This document shows positions 51,546-62,153 of a stretch of DNA of 64,000 bases, piece after piece (within the stretch, counting starts at the first letter, position 1; each line of letters starts with the position of its first letter). The stretch covers positions 322 to 64,321 of the forward strand of contig JAISSC010000225.1 of assembly GCA_031273305.1 (NCBI GenBank), written 5' to 3'. The translations under genes and the position numbers were made by a program. Source of the stretch: Flavobacteriaceae bacterium (GTDB taxonomy: Bacteria > Bacteroidota > Bacteroidia > Flavobacteriales > Weeksellaceae). The notes below the pieces were generated by a model. The model was not told the origin of the DNA, searched no databases, and worked only from the letters and a program-made list of their open reading frames with translations.

Positions 51546-54500
51546 ATGAAATTTTTAGTTTTTGACACCGAAACCACAGGTTTGCCTGCCAATGCCGGCG
51601 CACCTGTTTCCGATTCCGACAACTGGCCTCGTATGGTACAGATTGCATGGCAGTTGCACGATGAAAACGGAAACCTTATCGAAAACTACGACTACATCAT
51701 AAAACCGGAAGGATATGACATTCCTTTCAATGCTCAAAAAATTCACGGAATCAGCACTGAAAAAGCCTTAGCGGAAGGTCATGACCTGAAAACCGTACTG
51801 GAACAGTTTCATGCGGTTTTGGCAGAAAATCCTGTTCTGGTAGGGCAAAATATCTCTTTCGACATTCCGATCGTAGGAGCCGAATTTTATCGGAAATCAC
51901 TGAAAAACAACATTGCTGATCTGCCTTTAATTGATACGGCGCAGGAAGGAACCAACTTTTGTGCCTTACCCGGAGGAATGGGAGGAGGATTTAAATATCC
52001 CAAACTTTCGGAACTATACAAAAAACTGTTCGGACACAACTTTGCTGAGGCTCATAACGCTGCCGCAGATGTAAATGCCACTGCACAGGCTTTTTGGGAA
52101 TTGGTTCGTCTACGACAGATAAAGCCTAAGAAGCTACACTTTACCGAAGAACAACTAACCGCCTTTATTCAAAATCATCCGGAACCTTTCCGGGCTTTTG
52201 ACATCGTAGTTCGTCAACAGGTAAAAGATTTTAATGCAAACCTTAAAAACAAAAGAGACGGAGGCAAAAAATCTTTAGATAATATCAATTTTTCTCATTT
52301 TTTCCATTTTCACAACCACTCCGTTTACTCTATCCTGACTTCCACCAGCAAACATTCCGACCTCATCAAAAAAACACAGGAATACAACATGCCCGCTCTG
52401 GGAGTCACCGATTCGGGAAACTTGATGGGAGCCTTTGCTTTCCTGAACGAGATAAAAAAAGCCAACGACAGCATCAAGAACCACAACAAAAAGGTGGAAG
52501 CCGGAGAACTTTCCGAGCCTGTGAAAAAAGAAATACTTCCCATCATAGGTTGTGAATTATACATATCCGAAAATTATCTCCAGAATAAATTTACCAAAGA
52601 TAATCCTGACCGTAGATTCACCCAGATTTTACTGGCAAAAAACCATACCGGATTTAAAAACCTGTCCAAACTTTCTACTTTGGGTTATAAATTAGGACTG
52701 TATGCCGGATACCCTCGTATCGGAAAAGAACTGATTGAACAATATAAAGAAAACCTGATTGCAACTACCGGAGGACTGTCTTCCGAAGTTCCAAGTCTTA
52801 TCTTGAACGTAGGAGAAAAACAGGCAGAAGAAGCCTTCGTGTACTGGCATAACCTGTTTGGGGAGGATTTTTATGTAGAACTACTCCGCCATCACTTGGA
52901 TGAAGAAGAACACCTCAACAAGGTATTACTCAAATTTGCCGAGAAATACGGGGTAAAAATACTGGCTCAAAACGATACTTTTTATATCAACAAGGAAGAA
53001 GCGGAAACACAGGATATTTTGCTCTGCATCAAGGATGGAGAAAAGCAATCTACCCCGATAGGAAGAGGATTCGGGAAACGATTCGGGCTTCCGAACAACG
53101 AGTACAATTTCAAGTCTCAGGAAGAAATGGCGGCTTTGTTTGCGGACATTCCGGAAGCTATTGAAAATTTTGAAGATTTCATCAAAAAATTTGAGCCTTA
53201 TGAATTAGCCAGAGAAGTTTTACTCCCTAAATTCCATATTCCTGATGAATTTGTCAATCCTCAGGATGAAACCGATGGAGGAAAACGAGGGGAAAACGCC
53301 TATTTGGCTCACCTCACTTGGGAAGGTGCCGTAAAACGGTATGGAGACAACCTGTCCGATAAAATTAGGGAACGTCTGGAGTTTGAACTTGAGATTATTG
53401 CGAAAACAGGCTATCCCGGATATTTCCTGATCGTACAGGATTTGACTTCTCAGGCGCGTAAGATGGGAGTTTCCGTCGGACCGGGGCGGGGTTCTGCTGC
53501 CGGTTCCGCTGTGGCTTACTGTATAGGAATTACCAATATAGACCCGATTAAATACGATCTACTATTTGAGCGTTTTTTAAATCCGGACAGGGTATCCCTC
53601 CCCGATATTGATATTGATTTTGATGACCGCGGACGTGAAAAAATTATCCAGTGGGTGGTCGATAAATACGGAGAAAATCAGGTAGCTCAAATCATCACCT
53701 ACGGCACACTTGCCGGACGGTCTGCAATCCGGGATGCCGGACGGGTGCTGGAACTTCCTCTGAGCGATACCGACCGCCTGTCTAAAAACCTGCCGTTCAA
53801 TCTTAACCTGACCAAGCTAAAGAATAGGTCGGAAGCGGATTTACAGAAAGACTTCGGAAGAGAAGAGATCGAACCGGTATTGCTGCTGAAACAAAAATTT
53901 GAATCTGATGATTTGGAAGGAAAGGTAATCCAAAATGCATATCATTTGGAAGGAAGCCTACGCAACACCGGAGTTCATGCCTGCGGGGTTATTATTACTC
54001 CGGAGGATATTACCAATCTGATTCCGGTGGCTGTTGCCAAAGATTCTACTCTGTTGGTGTCTCAATTCGACAACTCCGTAGTAGAAAGTGCCGGATTACT
54101 GAAAATGGACTTTTTGGGTCTGCGAACTTTAACTATCATCAGTGACACCATAGAAATTATTAAAAAACGTAAAGGAAAAGACGAAGCTCCGAATCCGGAT
54201 GAATTTCCTCTGGATGATGAGCAGACGTACAACATATTCAAAACCGGGAACACCATCGGAATTTTCCAGTATGAATCGCCCGGAATGCAAAAACACCTAA
54301 AGGCACTCCAACCGGATAAATTCGAGGATTTAATTGCCATGAATGCGCTATATCGTCCGGGACCGTTACAATACATCCCGAACTTTATCAACCGGAAACA
54401 CGGAAAGGAAGAAATCACCTACGACTTGCCTGATATGGAGGAATATCTGGCAGATACATACGGAATTACGGTTTATCAGGAGCAGGTGATGCTACTTTCC

Positions 54501-55922
54501 CAAAAGCTGGCAGGATTCAGCAAGGGTGATGCCGACGTCTTGCGTAAAGCGATGGGGAAAAAACAAATCGAAGTTTTGAACAAAATGGAGGCTAAATTCC
54601 TTGATGGAGCCATTGAACGAGGACATCCGGAAGAAAAACTAAAAAAGATATGGGAAGACTGGAAAGCCTTTGCTCAATATGCTTTCAATAAATCTCATTC
54701 CACCTGTTACGCCTTTATCGCTTTTCAAACTGCCTACCTGAAAGCTCATTATCCGGCAGAATTTATGGCTACATTATTGAGTAACAACTTAAACAACCTC
54801 AGCACGCTTACTTTCTTTATGGAAGAATGTAAAAATATGGGACTGGAAGTATTAGGGCCTGACATAAATGAAAGTGATTATGAGTTCACCGTCAACGAGA
54901 AAGGAGCAATCCGCTTCGGTATGGGAGCAATTAAAGGAATCGGGGAAAATGCGGTGGAAGCTATTATCAATGAACGTCAGAAAAATGGGAAATACAACGG
55001 TTTATTTGAATTTTTTGAAAGAACCGACCTAAAGAACATTAATAAAAAAGTATTGGAAAATCTGGTACTAGCCGGAGCTTTTGACGAACTGTCCGAAAAC
55101 AACCGGGCACAGTTCTTTATGGAAGAAAACGGTTCTACGACCATAGAAAAATTGGTGCGCTATGGAATTGCCTATCAGGATAATAAAAGTTCCGCACAAA
55201 ATTCTTTATTTGGAGACCTGGGGGATGAAGGTTTTGATGTGATGAAGCCGATTATTCCGAAAACTGAGGAATGGAGTGCGATGTATAAGTTGAGCAAGGA
55301 AAAAGAAGTGGTAGGAATCTACATTTCGGCACATCCGATGGATAATTACAAGTATGAAATTGCCCTGATCAAACCTAAAAATATTGCGGAAATCAATGAA
55401 CACAAGGAAGATTACATTAATAAAGAAGTCTATATCGCAGGGATGATTACCCGGTTTGAGCATCGGGATGTGGATAACGGAAGAACCCGAATGGCTTTTT
55501 TTGATGTGGAAGACAAAACCGGTACTATTTCTCTGAAATTGAAAAAAAACTACCTCGATTTCCAAAAATACCTGATGCCCAATTTATTTGTCCTGATAAA
55601 AATTACCGTCGGGGTGATACGGGATAACGGTTTTGTGTATACCAACGTTCTGAATATGGAAGAATTGAGCGAAGTGATCAGTAAACATACCAAGAAACTA
55701 ACCATCAAAATTAATCTGGAAGAACTGGATGAAAACACACTGGTTTCCTTAAACAGAATTTGTGACCAGAACGCCGGAGCAAAAGATATTCATTTTGAAA
55801 TTGTTGATACAAAAAATAATCTGTTCCTGCAATCTTCGTCTATGAACAAACGGGTAAATATTACCAAAGAAGTGCTGGATGAAATTAAGGATAAATTACT
55901 TCTGGATTTTAAATTGAATTAG
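51546..55922 (+). CDS. dnaE: DNA polymerase III alpha subunit with N-terminal DEDDh 3'-5' exonuclease domain
   Basis: FDTETTG...HNAAADV exonuclease; PHP HFHNHS; GRGSAAGS, PDIDIDF, KMDFLGL, YAFNKSH. Confidence 0.97.
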   Translation: MKFLVFDTETTGLPANAGAPVSDSDNWPRMVQIAWQLHDENGNLIENYDYIIKPEGYDIPFNAQKIHGISTEKALAEGHDLKTVLEQFHAVLAENPVLVGQNISFDIPIVGAEFYRKSLKNNIADLPLIDTAQEGTNFCALPGGMGGGFKYPKLSELYKKLFGHNFAEAHNAAADVNATAQAFWELVRLRQIKPKKLHFTEEQLTAFIQNHPEPFRAFDIVVRQQVKDFNANLKNKRDGGKKSLDNINFSHFFHFHNHSVYSILTSTSKHSDLIKKTQEYNMPALGVTDSGNLMGAFAFLNEIKKANDSIKNHNKKVEAGELSEPVKKEILPIIGCELYISENYLQNKFTKDNPDRRFTQILLAKNHTGFKNLSKLSTLGYKLGLYAGYPRIGKELIEQYKENLIATTGGLSSEVPSLILNVGEKQAEEAFVYWHNLFGEDFYVELLRHHLDEEEHLNKVLLKFAEKYGVKILAQNDTFYINKEEAETQDILLCIKDGEKQSTPIGRGFGKRFGLPNNEYNFKSQEEMAALFADIPEAIENFEDFIKKFEPYELAREVLLPKFHIPDEFVNPQDETDGGKRGENAYLAHLTWEGAVKRYGDNLSDKIRERLEFELEIIAKTGYPGYFLIVQDLTSQARKMGVSVGPGRGSAAGSAVAYCIGITNIDPIKYDLLFERFLNPDRVSLPDIDIDFDDRGREKIIQWVVDKYGENQVAQIITYGTLAGRSAIRDAGRVLELPLSDTDRLSKNLPFNLNLTKLKNRSEADLQKDFGREEIEPVLLLKQKFESDDLEGKVIQNAYHLEGSLRNTGVHACGVIITPEDITNLIPVAVAKDSTLLVSQFDNSVVESAGLLKMDFLGLRTLTIISDTIEIIKKRKGKDEAPNPDEFPLDDEQTYNIFKTGNTIGIFQYESPGMQKHLKALQPDKFEDLIAMNALYRPGPLQYIPNFINRKHGKEEITYDLPDMEEYLADTYGITVYQEQVMLLSQKLAGFSKGDADVLRKAMGKKQIEVLNKMEAKFLDGAIERGHPEEKLKKIWEDWKAFAQYAFNKSHSTCYAFIAFQTAYLKAHYPAEFMATLLSNNLNNLSTLTFFMEECKNMGLEVLGPDINESDYEFTVNEKGAIRFGMGAIKGIGENAVEAIINERQKNGKYNGLFEFFERTDLKNINKKVLENLVLAGAFDELSENNRAQFFMEENGSTTIEKLVRYGIAYQDNKSSAQNSLFGDLGDEGFDVMKPIIPKTEEWSAMYKLSKEKEVVGIYISAHPMDNYKYEIALIKPKNIAEINEHKEDYINKEVYIAGMITRFEHRDVDNGRTRMAFFDVEDKTGTISLKLKKNYLDFQKYLMPNLFVLIKITVGVIRDNGFVYTNVLNMEELSEVISKHTKKLTIKINLEELDENTLVSLNRICDQNAGAKDIHFEIVDTKNNLFLQSSSMNKRVNITKEVLDEIKDKLLLDFKLN

Positions 55923-56034
55923 GATGAAAAATACGATGTTTCTTCACCGCTTAATTTATTTTCAATAAAATTGTGTATTTTTGTGGGTTATATGAGAATT
56001 TTTTATTTCCCAAATTAAATCATTATCCCAGCTC

Positions 56035-57306
56035 ATGAAAAATTTTTTCAATGAAATAAAAACCATTATACATCTTATTCTCCCTGACTCTAAAAAAGAA
56101 TTTTTTATTTTACTCATTTTTATACTTCTTTATTATCCGTTAGGAATATACCTCTCGCTTACCACTAATATTATTGATGGAGATCGCACAGATATGTATT
56201 TTGGTTTCGATAATGGTATTTGCCTATATTTGGGCTCTGGAGAGCCTGCAACTCATCCGTTAACCCAATATTTTTATATTCCTTTAACAATTTTATATCA
56301 AAAAATTCAGCTTTATAATATCCATGAAAAAACGTACACCTTATTTGTAGTTTTCTTATGCAGTCTTTTTATAGCTTGGTCTAATTTATTTATTTTTAAA
56401 TATTTAAAGAATATAATAAAATTAAATCTAAAAATATGTTGTCTTCTTACTTTATTCTTTTCTTTTTTTGGTGGGGCAATAACTTTATCATTTACCCCTG
56501 AAACTTTTACCTTCACTTTATTCTTACTTACAGCGAACCTATACCTTGCCTCTTATTTTTTATCAAAGGGGACGGGACTTAGCTACTTCTATTATATAAT
56601 TTCCGGAACTTTAATAACCGGGCAGACAATTACGAATGCTCCTAAAGTACTTATTCCCATAATTTTTGAGAAGAAACTTTCCTTAAAAAATATATTATAT
56701 TCCTTCCTTAAAATTGCAGTAGTTACTGTATTTATAACTTATCTGAGCACTGCACTTATCTTAAGGAAAAACCAATGGGACTTGGAAACATTTTTGCTTT
56801 ATAATGTTAAGCGAAAAGGTTGGTTTCAGGCAGAAGGTTTTTCTGCTTTTGATTCTTTTATTTCTTATTTTCTTGGAGGTAATACACTATTCCCCTCTTC
56901 AAGGATAGACAAAAGTCCGTATATGAATCAAGAAATATATCTTAATTTTTATGACTCCTGGTATCAATATCTTTTTATTTTCATTATAATTTTGCTTATG
57001 GGTTTCGCAATTGTGATGAATAGTAAAAACAAACTCTTCTGGATACTTATACTAACTTTACCCGCAGATTTGTTTTATCATTACATCCTAAAAGTCGGTA
57101 TAGATGTAGCATTTTTATACGGAGGACATTTTATTTTTGTTATTCCTCTTATCTTGGGATGGTTGTTTAAAGTGCTTTCTCCCGAAAAGCAGCGATTTTT
57201 AGGGTATTTACTTACGGGATTAACTATAATGCTCATTTTTAATAACGGATACAGAATCTGGCAATTTATACAACTGGCTCAAAGCCTGTATCCTAATAAT
57301 TCTTAG
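56035..57306 (+). CDS. Polytopic membrane protein (DUF6080-like, possibly GT-C fold)
   Basis: About 10 TM segments; YFGFDN..HPL, FTPETF, TITN.PK, YGGHF motifs. Confidence 0.65.
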   Translation: MKNFFNEIKTIIHLILPDSKKEFFILLIFILLYYPLGIYLSLTTNIIDGDRTDMYFGFDNGICLYLGSGEPATHPLTQYFYIPLTILYQKIQLYNIHEKTYTLFVVFLCSLFIAWSNLFIFKYLKNIIKLNLKICCLLTLFFSFFGGAITLSFTPETFTFTLFLLTANLYLASYFLSKGTGLSYFYYIISGTLITGQTITNAPKVLIPIIFEKKLSLKNILYSFLKIAVVTVFITYLSTALILRKNQWDLETFLLYNVKRKGWFQAEGFSAFDSFISYFLGGNTLFPSSRIDKSPYMNQEIYLNFYDSWYQYLFIFIIILLMGFAIVMNSKNKLFWILILTLPADLFYHYILKVGIDVAFLYGGHFIFVIPLILGWLFKVLSPEKQRFLGYLLTGLTIMLIFNNGYRIWQFIQLAQSLYPNNS

Positions 57307-57742
57307 ATATTAATTCATAATTTTATTCTTTACAAATTTTCCGACAATTACACCAACCATTTTCTTATATCATTTATTTATCCAAACGGAAATGGCGCGC
57401 ATAAAATATGTAAAAATAAAATAAAAAGCCGCCATTAGTTAAATTTATAATAGCTTTTTGCGAATAAGTCAATATTTGGCTGAATATTAACACGACTTTA
57501 AGAAAAAGAAACCTTACCTTTGAACCTTAATTAAAGTTCTGTGTTTAAGTATCTTTATGAGCGTATTTTATTCACTGCTTAAGATTTTTATTTTGTAAAC
57601 ATGAATATTTTTATCAGAATCCCGTTTTTTCAGGTATCCAATATAAATTTTTGGTTACTTAGATTTTATACGGTACATAGACCTGCTTATTTAAAAAGTT
57701 GTTTTTCACATTAAAATCATTATTAAACATATCATCAAATAA

Positions 57743-59572
57743 ATGACTAAATCTTTTCATACTTTTCATATTCCGGTGATGGGATTAGCTTACACTATTG
57801 ACACTCCGGTTAAAGTTGCCCGCTTTGGTATCTCTTCTGTAATTTCCATTGTTCAGGACTCTCTGATAGAGAAAATGCGGGAATATTATTATAAGAAAAA
57901 CAACAAAGCCTATCATCCTATTGAGCCGTCAGAGCCTGATTATCGTGCAAAAAGGATTAAAGATTACCTGAATCTGCTTAACCAGATGGTTCAGGCACAG
58001 ATAGAAAAATTAAAAAATTCTTCTTTCGAACCGGGTTCAGATTTGATCCTTTATTTTGAAATGTTACCTGAAGAGAATTTCCTTAAAAAATTATACAACA
58101 AAATGAAGGAAATTCACGATAAATTTGAACTGAAAACCATCCAGCAGGAACTAAAGGCACACTTAAAACCCGGCAGTATTGATGTCAACATCATGACCAA
58201 AGTAGACAATAACCGGTATCATAAAGACGGTTCCATTATTGAAGATGGTTCTGATGCTATTGCGGCGTTACGCGGATATTCTGAAAGCAACCTGATAAAC
58301 TCTTCCATCATCTTTTCGGCGGGAATGAACCCCCGATTATTCAATTATCTGGAAAATATTCCTGCATTCACAGAGATAAAGAACGGGAGTTTTGAAAAAA
58401 AGATAATCATAAAGGTAAGCGATTACCGCTCGGCAATCATTCAGGGAAAATATTTAGCTAAAAAGGGACTATGGGTATCCGAATTTCGAATCGAGTCGGG
58501 ATTAAACTGTGGAGGACATGCTTTTGCCAGTCAGGGACATATGCTTGGACCTATTTTAGAAGAATTTAAAATCAAACGAGAATCTCTGAGCCTTGAGTTA
58601 TTTGAAATCTATGCCAAGACTTTACAATTAAAAGGAAAAACTCCTCCGGAAAAGACTCCTGAGATTTCTATTACCGTGCAGGGAGGAATCGGAACTCATG
58701 AAGAAAATGAATTTCTCCGCACTTATTATCAGATAAATTCCACCGGATGGGGAAGCCCTTTTTTATTGGTTCCTGAAGCTGTAAGTATTGATGACGAGAC
58801 GTTGCAGGCTCTGGTTAAATCAACGGAAAACGATATTCTTTTAAGTAAAAATTCTCCTTTAGGAGTTCCTTTTAACTACCTTAAAAATATTTCCGGAGAA
58901 AAGGAAAAATACGGTTTAGCTGAAAAAGGATGTCCGGGAAGTCCATGTACGGAAAAATTTTTAACATCGGATACTGAGTTTACCCAAAGACCTATCTGTA
59001 CGGCTTCGGTTTCCTATATACGGCAAAAGATCAAACAAATCAAAAAACTGGATATAAGCGAGGAACAACGAAGGGAACAAATTGCGAATATTCTGACTAA
59101 AGAATGTTTATGTGCCGGATTGAGCAACTCTGCATTACGAAAATACAAACTCTCCCCGATAACCAAAGACATTCTGGGAGTAACCGTATGCCCTGGTCCT
59201 AATATAGCTTATTTTGACAAGGTAGTTTCCCTTAAAGATATGGTAGACCACATCTATGGTCGTGCCAATATTCTGAAATCCGGATACCGCCCGCATATGT
59301 TTATCAAAGAACTTCATATTTATATGAATTACCTGAAAGACCAGGTTACTGAAATAGCAGATTATACGGATAAAAAACTGGCTAATTATTACGAAATATT
59401 CTGTCAGAACATGCAGAATGCAGTAGAATATTACCGTACACGGATAAACAGTATAATTCCTAAAGACGAGAATAAGAATCAATTCCAATCAGAACTAAAA
59501 TCCATAGAAAAAGAAATAGGCAAAGTTTTGAAAAACATCAAACTTTCTTTTCAGAAACAACTGATTGGCTAA
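57743..59572 (+). CDS. Hypothetical protein, probable FMN TIM-barrel oxidoreductase (FabK/FabX/NMO-like) with a Cys cluster
   Basis: PVMG, FSAGMN, ESGLNCGGH, VQGGIG, GWGSPFL..PEA, SPLGVP, C..SPC / C / CLC, CPGPN. Confidence 0.6.
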   Translation: MTKSFHTFHIPVMGLAYTIDTPVKVARFGISSVISIVQDSLIEKMREYYYKKNNKAYHPIEPSEPDYRAKRIKDYLNLLNQMVQAQIEKLKNSSFEPGSDLILYFEMLPEENFLKKLYNKMKEIHDKFELKTIQQELKAHLKPGSIDVNIMTKVDNNRYHKDGSIIEDGSDAIAALRGYSESNLINSSIIFSAGMNPRLFNYLENIPAFTEIKNGSFEKKIIIKVSDYRSAIIQGKYLAKKGLWVSEFRIESGLNCGGHAFASQGHMLGPILEEFKIKRESLSLELFEIYAKTLQLKGKTPPEKTPEISITVQGGIGTHEENEFLRTYYQINSTGWGSPFLLVPEAVSIDDETLQALVKSTENDILLSKNSPLGVPFNYLKNISGEKEKYGLAEKGCPGSPCTEKFLTSDTEFTQRPICTASVSYIRQKIKQIKKLDISEEQRREQIANILTKECLCAGLSNSALRKYKLSPITKDILGVTVCPGPNIAYFDKVVSLKDMVDHIYGRANILKSGYRPHMFIKELHIYMNYLKDQVTEIADYTDKKLANYYEIFCQNMQNAVEYYRTRINSIIPKDENKNQFQSELKSIEKEIGKVLKNIKLSFQKQLIG

Positions 59573-59666
59573 CTCTGATCTCATCCAAAATGAAGTGCTT
59601 TACATTATAAATTCGGTAATTTTTTAGCACTTCCTTATATTTTTTAATTATTTTTGAATATACAAA

Positions 59667-60170
59667 ATGGCTTTCATCAAAATTCAATATTATAAAACCG
59701 GATACGGAGAATTGATCTTAGGTTCTTATGAAGAGAAGCTATGTTTATGCGATTGGCGTTACCGAAAAAACAGGGAAACCATCGACAGCCGAATTAAAAA
59801 ATTCCTGAAATCGGAATTTGTTGAAGAAACTTCTACTCCGGTTCAGGAGGCTATTTTACAATTAGAGGAATACTTTAGACGAGAACGAAAAGAATTTAGC
59901 ATTCCCATCCTGCTTTGTGGTACGGATTTTCAACAATCCGTGTGGAATGAACTCCTGAAAATTCCTTACGGAAAAACGGAGACCTATTTGGGACAGGCAA
60001 AGAAAATGAAGAATGAAAAAGCCATCCGTGCCGTTGCTTCTGCGAACGGAGCCAATGCCATTTCCATAATGATCCCCTGCCATCGGGTTATCGGGTCTAA
60101 CGGAGAATTAACAGGCTACGCCGGAGGATTACCTACAAAAAAACAATTACTGGAAATAGAAACGGATTGA
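59667..60170 (+). CDS. ogt: Methylated-DNA--protein-cysteine methyltransferase
   Basis: GTDFQQSVW..L.KIPYG, RAVASANGAN, PCHRV active site, GYAGG. Confidence 0.95.
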   Translation: MAFIKIQYYKTGYGELILGSYEEKLCLCDWRYRKNRETIDSRIKKFLKSEFVEETSTPVQEAILQLEEYFRRERKEFSIPILLCGTDFQQSVWNELLKIPYGKTETYLGQAKKMKNEKAIRAVASANGANAISIMIPCHRVIGSNGELTGYAGGLPTKKQLLEIETD

Positions 60171-60217
60171 TTTTGGTCGTTAAGGCTTGAATTTTATACC
60201 CTAAAACAGTGAATAAT

Positions 60218-60250
60218 AAAAAAAGGCTGCCCTACTTTTCGGACAGCCTC
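60218..60250 (-). terminator. Terminator of the yegP-like gene
   Basis: aggctg/cagcct stem with a T-run on the - strand. Confidence 0.65.
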
Positions 60251-60303
60251 ATCTTTCCTTTCTTAGTAAATAATCAAACCTAAATTAGGTCTCAGTTAAT
60301 CTT

Positions 60304-60630
60304 CTATTTAGATAAATCAACTGTTTCTGCCGTTGGTGCATTATTCATTACTGATTTTACCCCATTTTTAGCATTTGCTTCATTGTCATAAGGTTCACTG
60401 GATCCAACCACTTGACCGTTTCCGGCTTTCAGGTTAAAAAACCACTTCTTGTTAGCTGCCTGTTTCAATTCAAAACGATCCTCGTTTTTAGAATTTCTTT
60501 TTACAGAGCTAACTCCTTTTTGACAGTTTGTCTTCTGGGTATACCCTTCACTCGAAAGGATAATTTGCCCACTTTTAGCTTTTAGTCTAAAACGAAAAGC
60601 TCCTGATTTGTCTTTAAAAATTTCAAACAT
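60304..60630 (-). CDS. YegP/DUF1508 family protein
   Basis: Duplicated FRFRLKA..GQII..SEGY / FFNLKAGNGQVVGSSE.Y units. Confidence 0.9.
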   Translation of the reverse strand: MFEIFKDKSGAFRFRLKAKSGQIILSSEGYTQKTNCQKGVSSVKRNSKNEDRFELKQAANKKWFFNLKAGNGQVVGSSEPYDNEANAKNGVKSVMNNAPTAETVDLSK

Positions 60631-60836
60631 AATTGTACAATTTTAGTGTCACTTTACTATAATTATTTAGTGTTATTCTCTTTACATTATTATTTATATG
60701 TGTTTTTCCAATTAACAAAAATAGCAATATTCCCTAACTTATTTTAACTTCCTATATAAAAATAAGAACATATCAATGGACAAAAATAATATATTTTTAT
60801 GACATAATATGTACGAGGTATGTTAAAATTGTTTTT

Positions 60837-61628
60837 TCAATATCTTTTTAATATAATCTTTTGCCGCCCTACTTCATAGCACACTATTGCAACGGCATTG
60901 CTGACATTCAGGGAGTCTATTTTACCTCTCATAGGAATTATTATATTTTGCTTTATCTTGTTTTTCCAGAAATCCGAAATTCCCGAATGTTCCGTCCCAA
61001 ACACAATGGCAGTGGGCTTTGACAAGTCTGCGTCCTGAATATTTATCGATGTTTCATTCATATAGGTAGCATACGTAGAAATTTTGTTTTTCTTCAGAAA
61101 TTCATAAATTTTTTCATTATTGGAAGATATGACCGGAATATTAAAGAAACTTCCTACGGAAGAACGTATTACATTCGGATTATAAATATCTGCCTTTTCT
61201 TCGCAAAGAACCACAGCATCCACTCCAAAAGCATCGGCAGAGCGGCATATCGCCCCAAGATTTCCGGGCTTTTCTACCGATTCAATGATCAACACAAAAG
61301 GATTATCGGATAAGTTGATTTCCGAGAGGTCATATAACTTATACTCATATACTCCTATAATTCCCTCCGTAATTTTCCTGTACGCTATTTTATTGTAAAC
61401 CGTTTGAGACACCTCATATTTCACGGCTGATTCCGGTAATTCCGTTGAGTTCTGAAAGATTTCAGGCTGAATATAGAACTCCACCGGATGAAATCCGTTC
61501 TGTATCGCAAAAAAGTTTTCCTGCCTGCCTTCTACCGCAAATTTTTTCTGTATCTTCCGTTCCCTGCTTTTTTCTAACAACTTTATCAGATTTTTTACCT
61601 TAGGGTTCTTGTCGCTTTCGATATGCAT
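60837..61628 (-). CDS. TrmH/SpoU family RNA methyltransferase
   Basis: EKPGNLGAI.RSA, FGTEHSG, IPMRG.IDSLNVS.A SPOUT motifs. Confidence 0.93.
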   Translation of the reverse strand: MHIESDKNPKVKNLIKLLEKSRERKIQKKFAVEGRQENFFAIQNGFHPVEFYIQPEIFQNSTELPESAVKYEVSQTVYNKIAYRKITEGIIGVYEYKLYDLSEINLSDNPFVLIIESVEKPGNLGAICRSADAFGVDAVVLCEEKADIYNPNVIRSSVGSFFNIPVISSNNEKIYEFLKKNKISTYATYMNETSINIQDADLSKPTAIVFGTEHSGISDFWKNKIKQNIIIPMRGKIDSLNVSNAVAIVCYEVGRQKIILKRY

Positions 61629-61706
61629 GATATAAAGAAATTTACTCAAAAATAACTAAACTTCCTGATTTTTGGATAATTTTGTCCTTTATATTTAACT
61701 TTAAAT

Positions 61707-62153
61707 GTGAAGAGAAAAAAACAATCCCCGCTTTATTTTTTATTGATCGGTGTTTTAATTGTTGCTGCTTTGGCTTTCAGCTATAAAAATGCTACACGGA
61801 AACTCGACATTGAACAATTTGATATTAGTCATTTAAGTTCCGAACAGGTCGTAATTCCTTACCTAAAGGAGAACCATCGACTACCGGATTATTATATAAC
61901 AAAAAAAGAAGCACGAAAATCCGGATGGAAACCCGAAAGAGGAAACTTATGTGATGTTCTTCCGGGAAAGATAATCGGGGGAGATATTTTCAGCAACAGG
62001 GAAAATAGCGTACCCTATAAGAAAGGAAGAAAATGGTTTGAGGCAGATTTAAATTATAATTGCGGAAACAGGGGAACAGACCGGGTAGTTTTTTCTGATG
62101 ATGGACTGATTTTTGTAAGTCATAACCATTATAACACTTTTGAACAAAGATGA
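61707..62153 (+). CDS. Barnase-like ribonuclease with N-terminal membrane anchor
   Basis: LPDYYITKKEA...GW, IGGDIFSNRE, WFEADLNY, RG.DRVVFS.DGLI, NHY (catalytic Glu/His retained). Confidence 0.9.
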   Translation: MKRKKQSPLYFLLIGVLIVAALAFSYKNATRKLDIEQFDISHLSSEQVVIPYLKENHRLPDYYITKKEARKSGWKPERGNLCDVLPGKIIGGDIFSNRENSVPYKKGRKWFEADLNYNCGNRGTDRVVFSDDGLIFVSHNHYNTFEQR

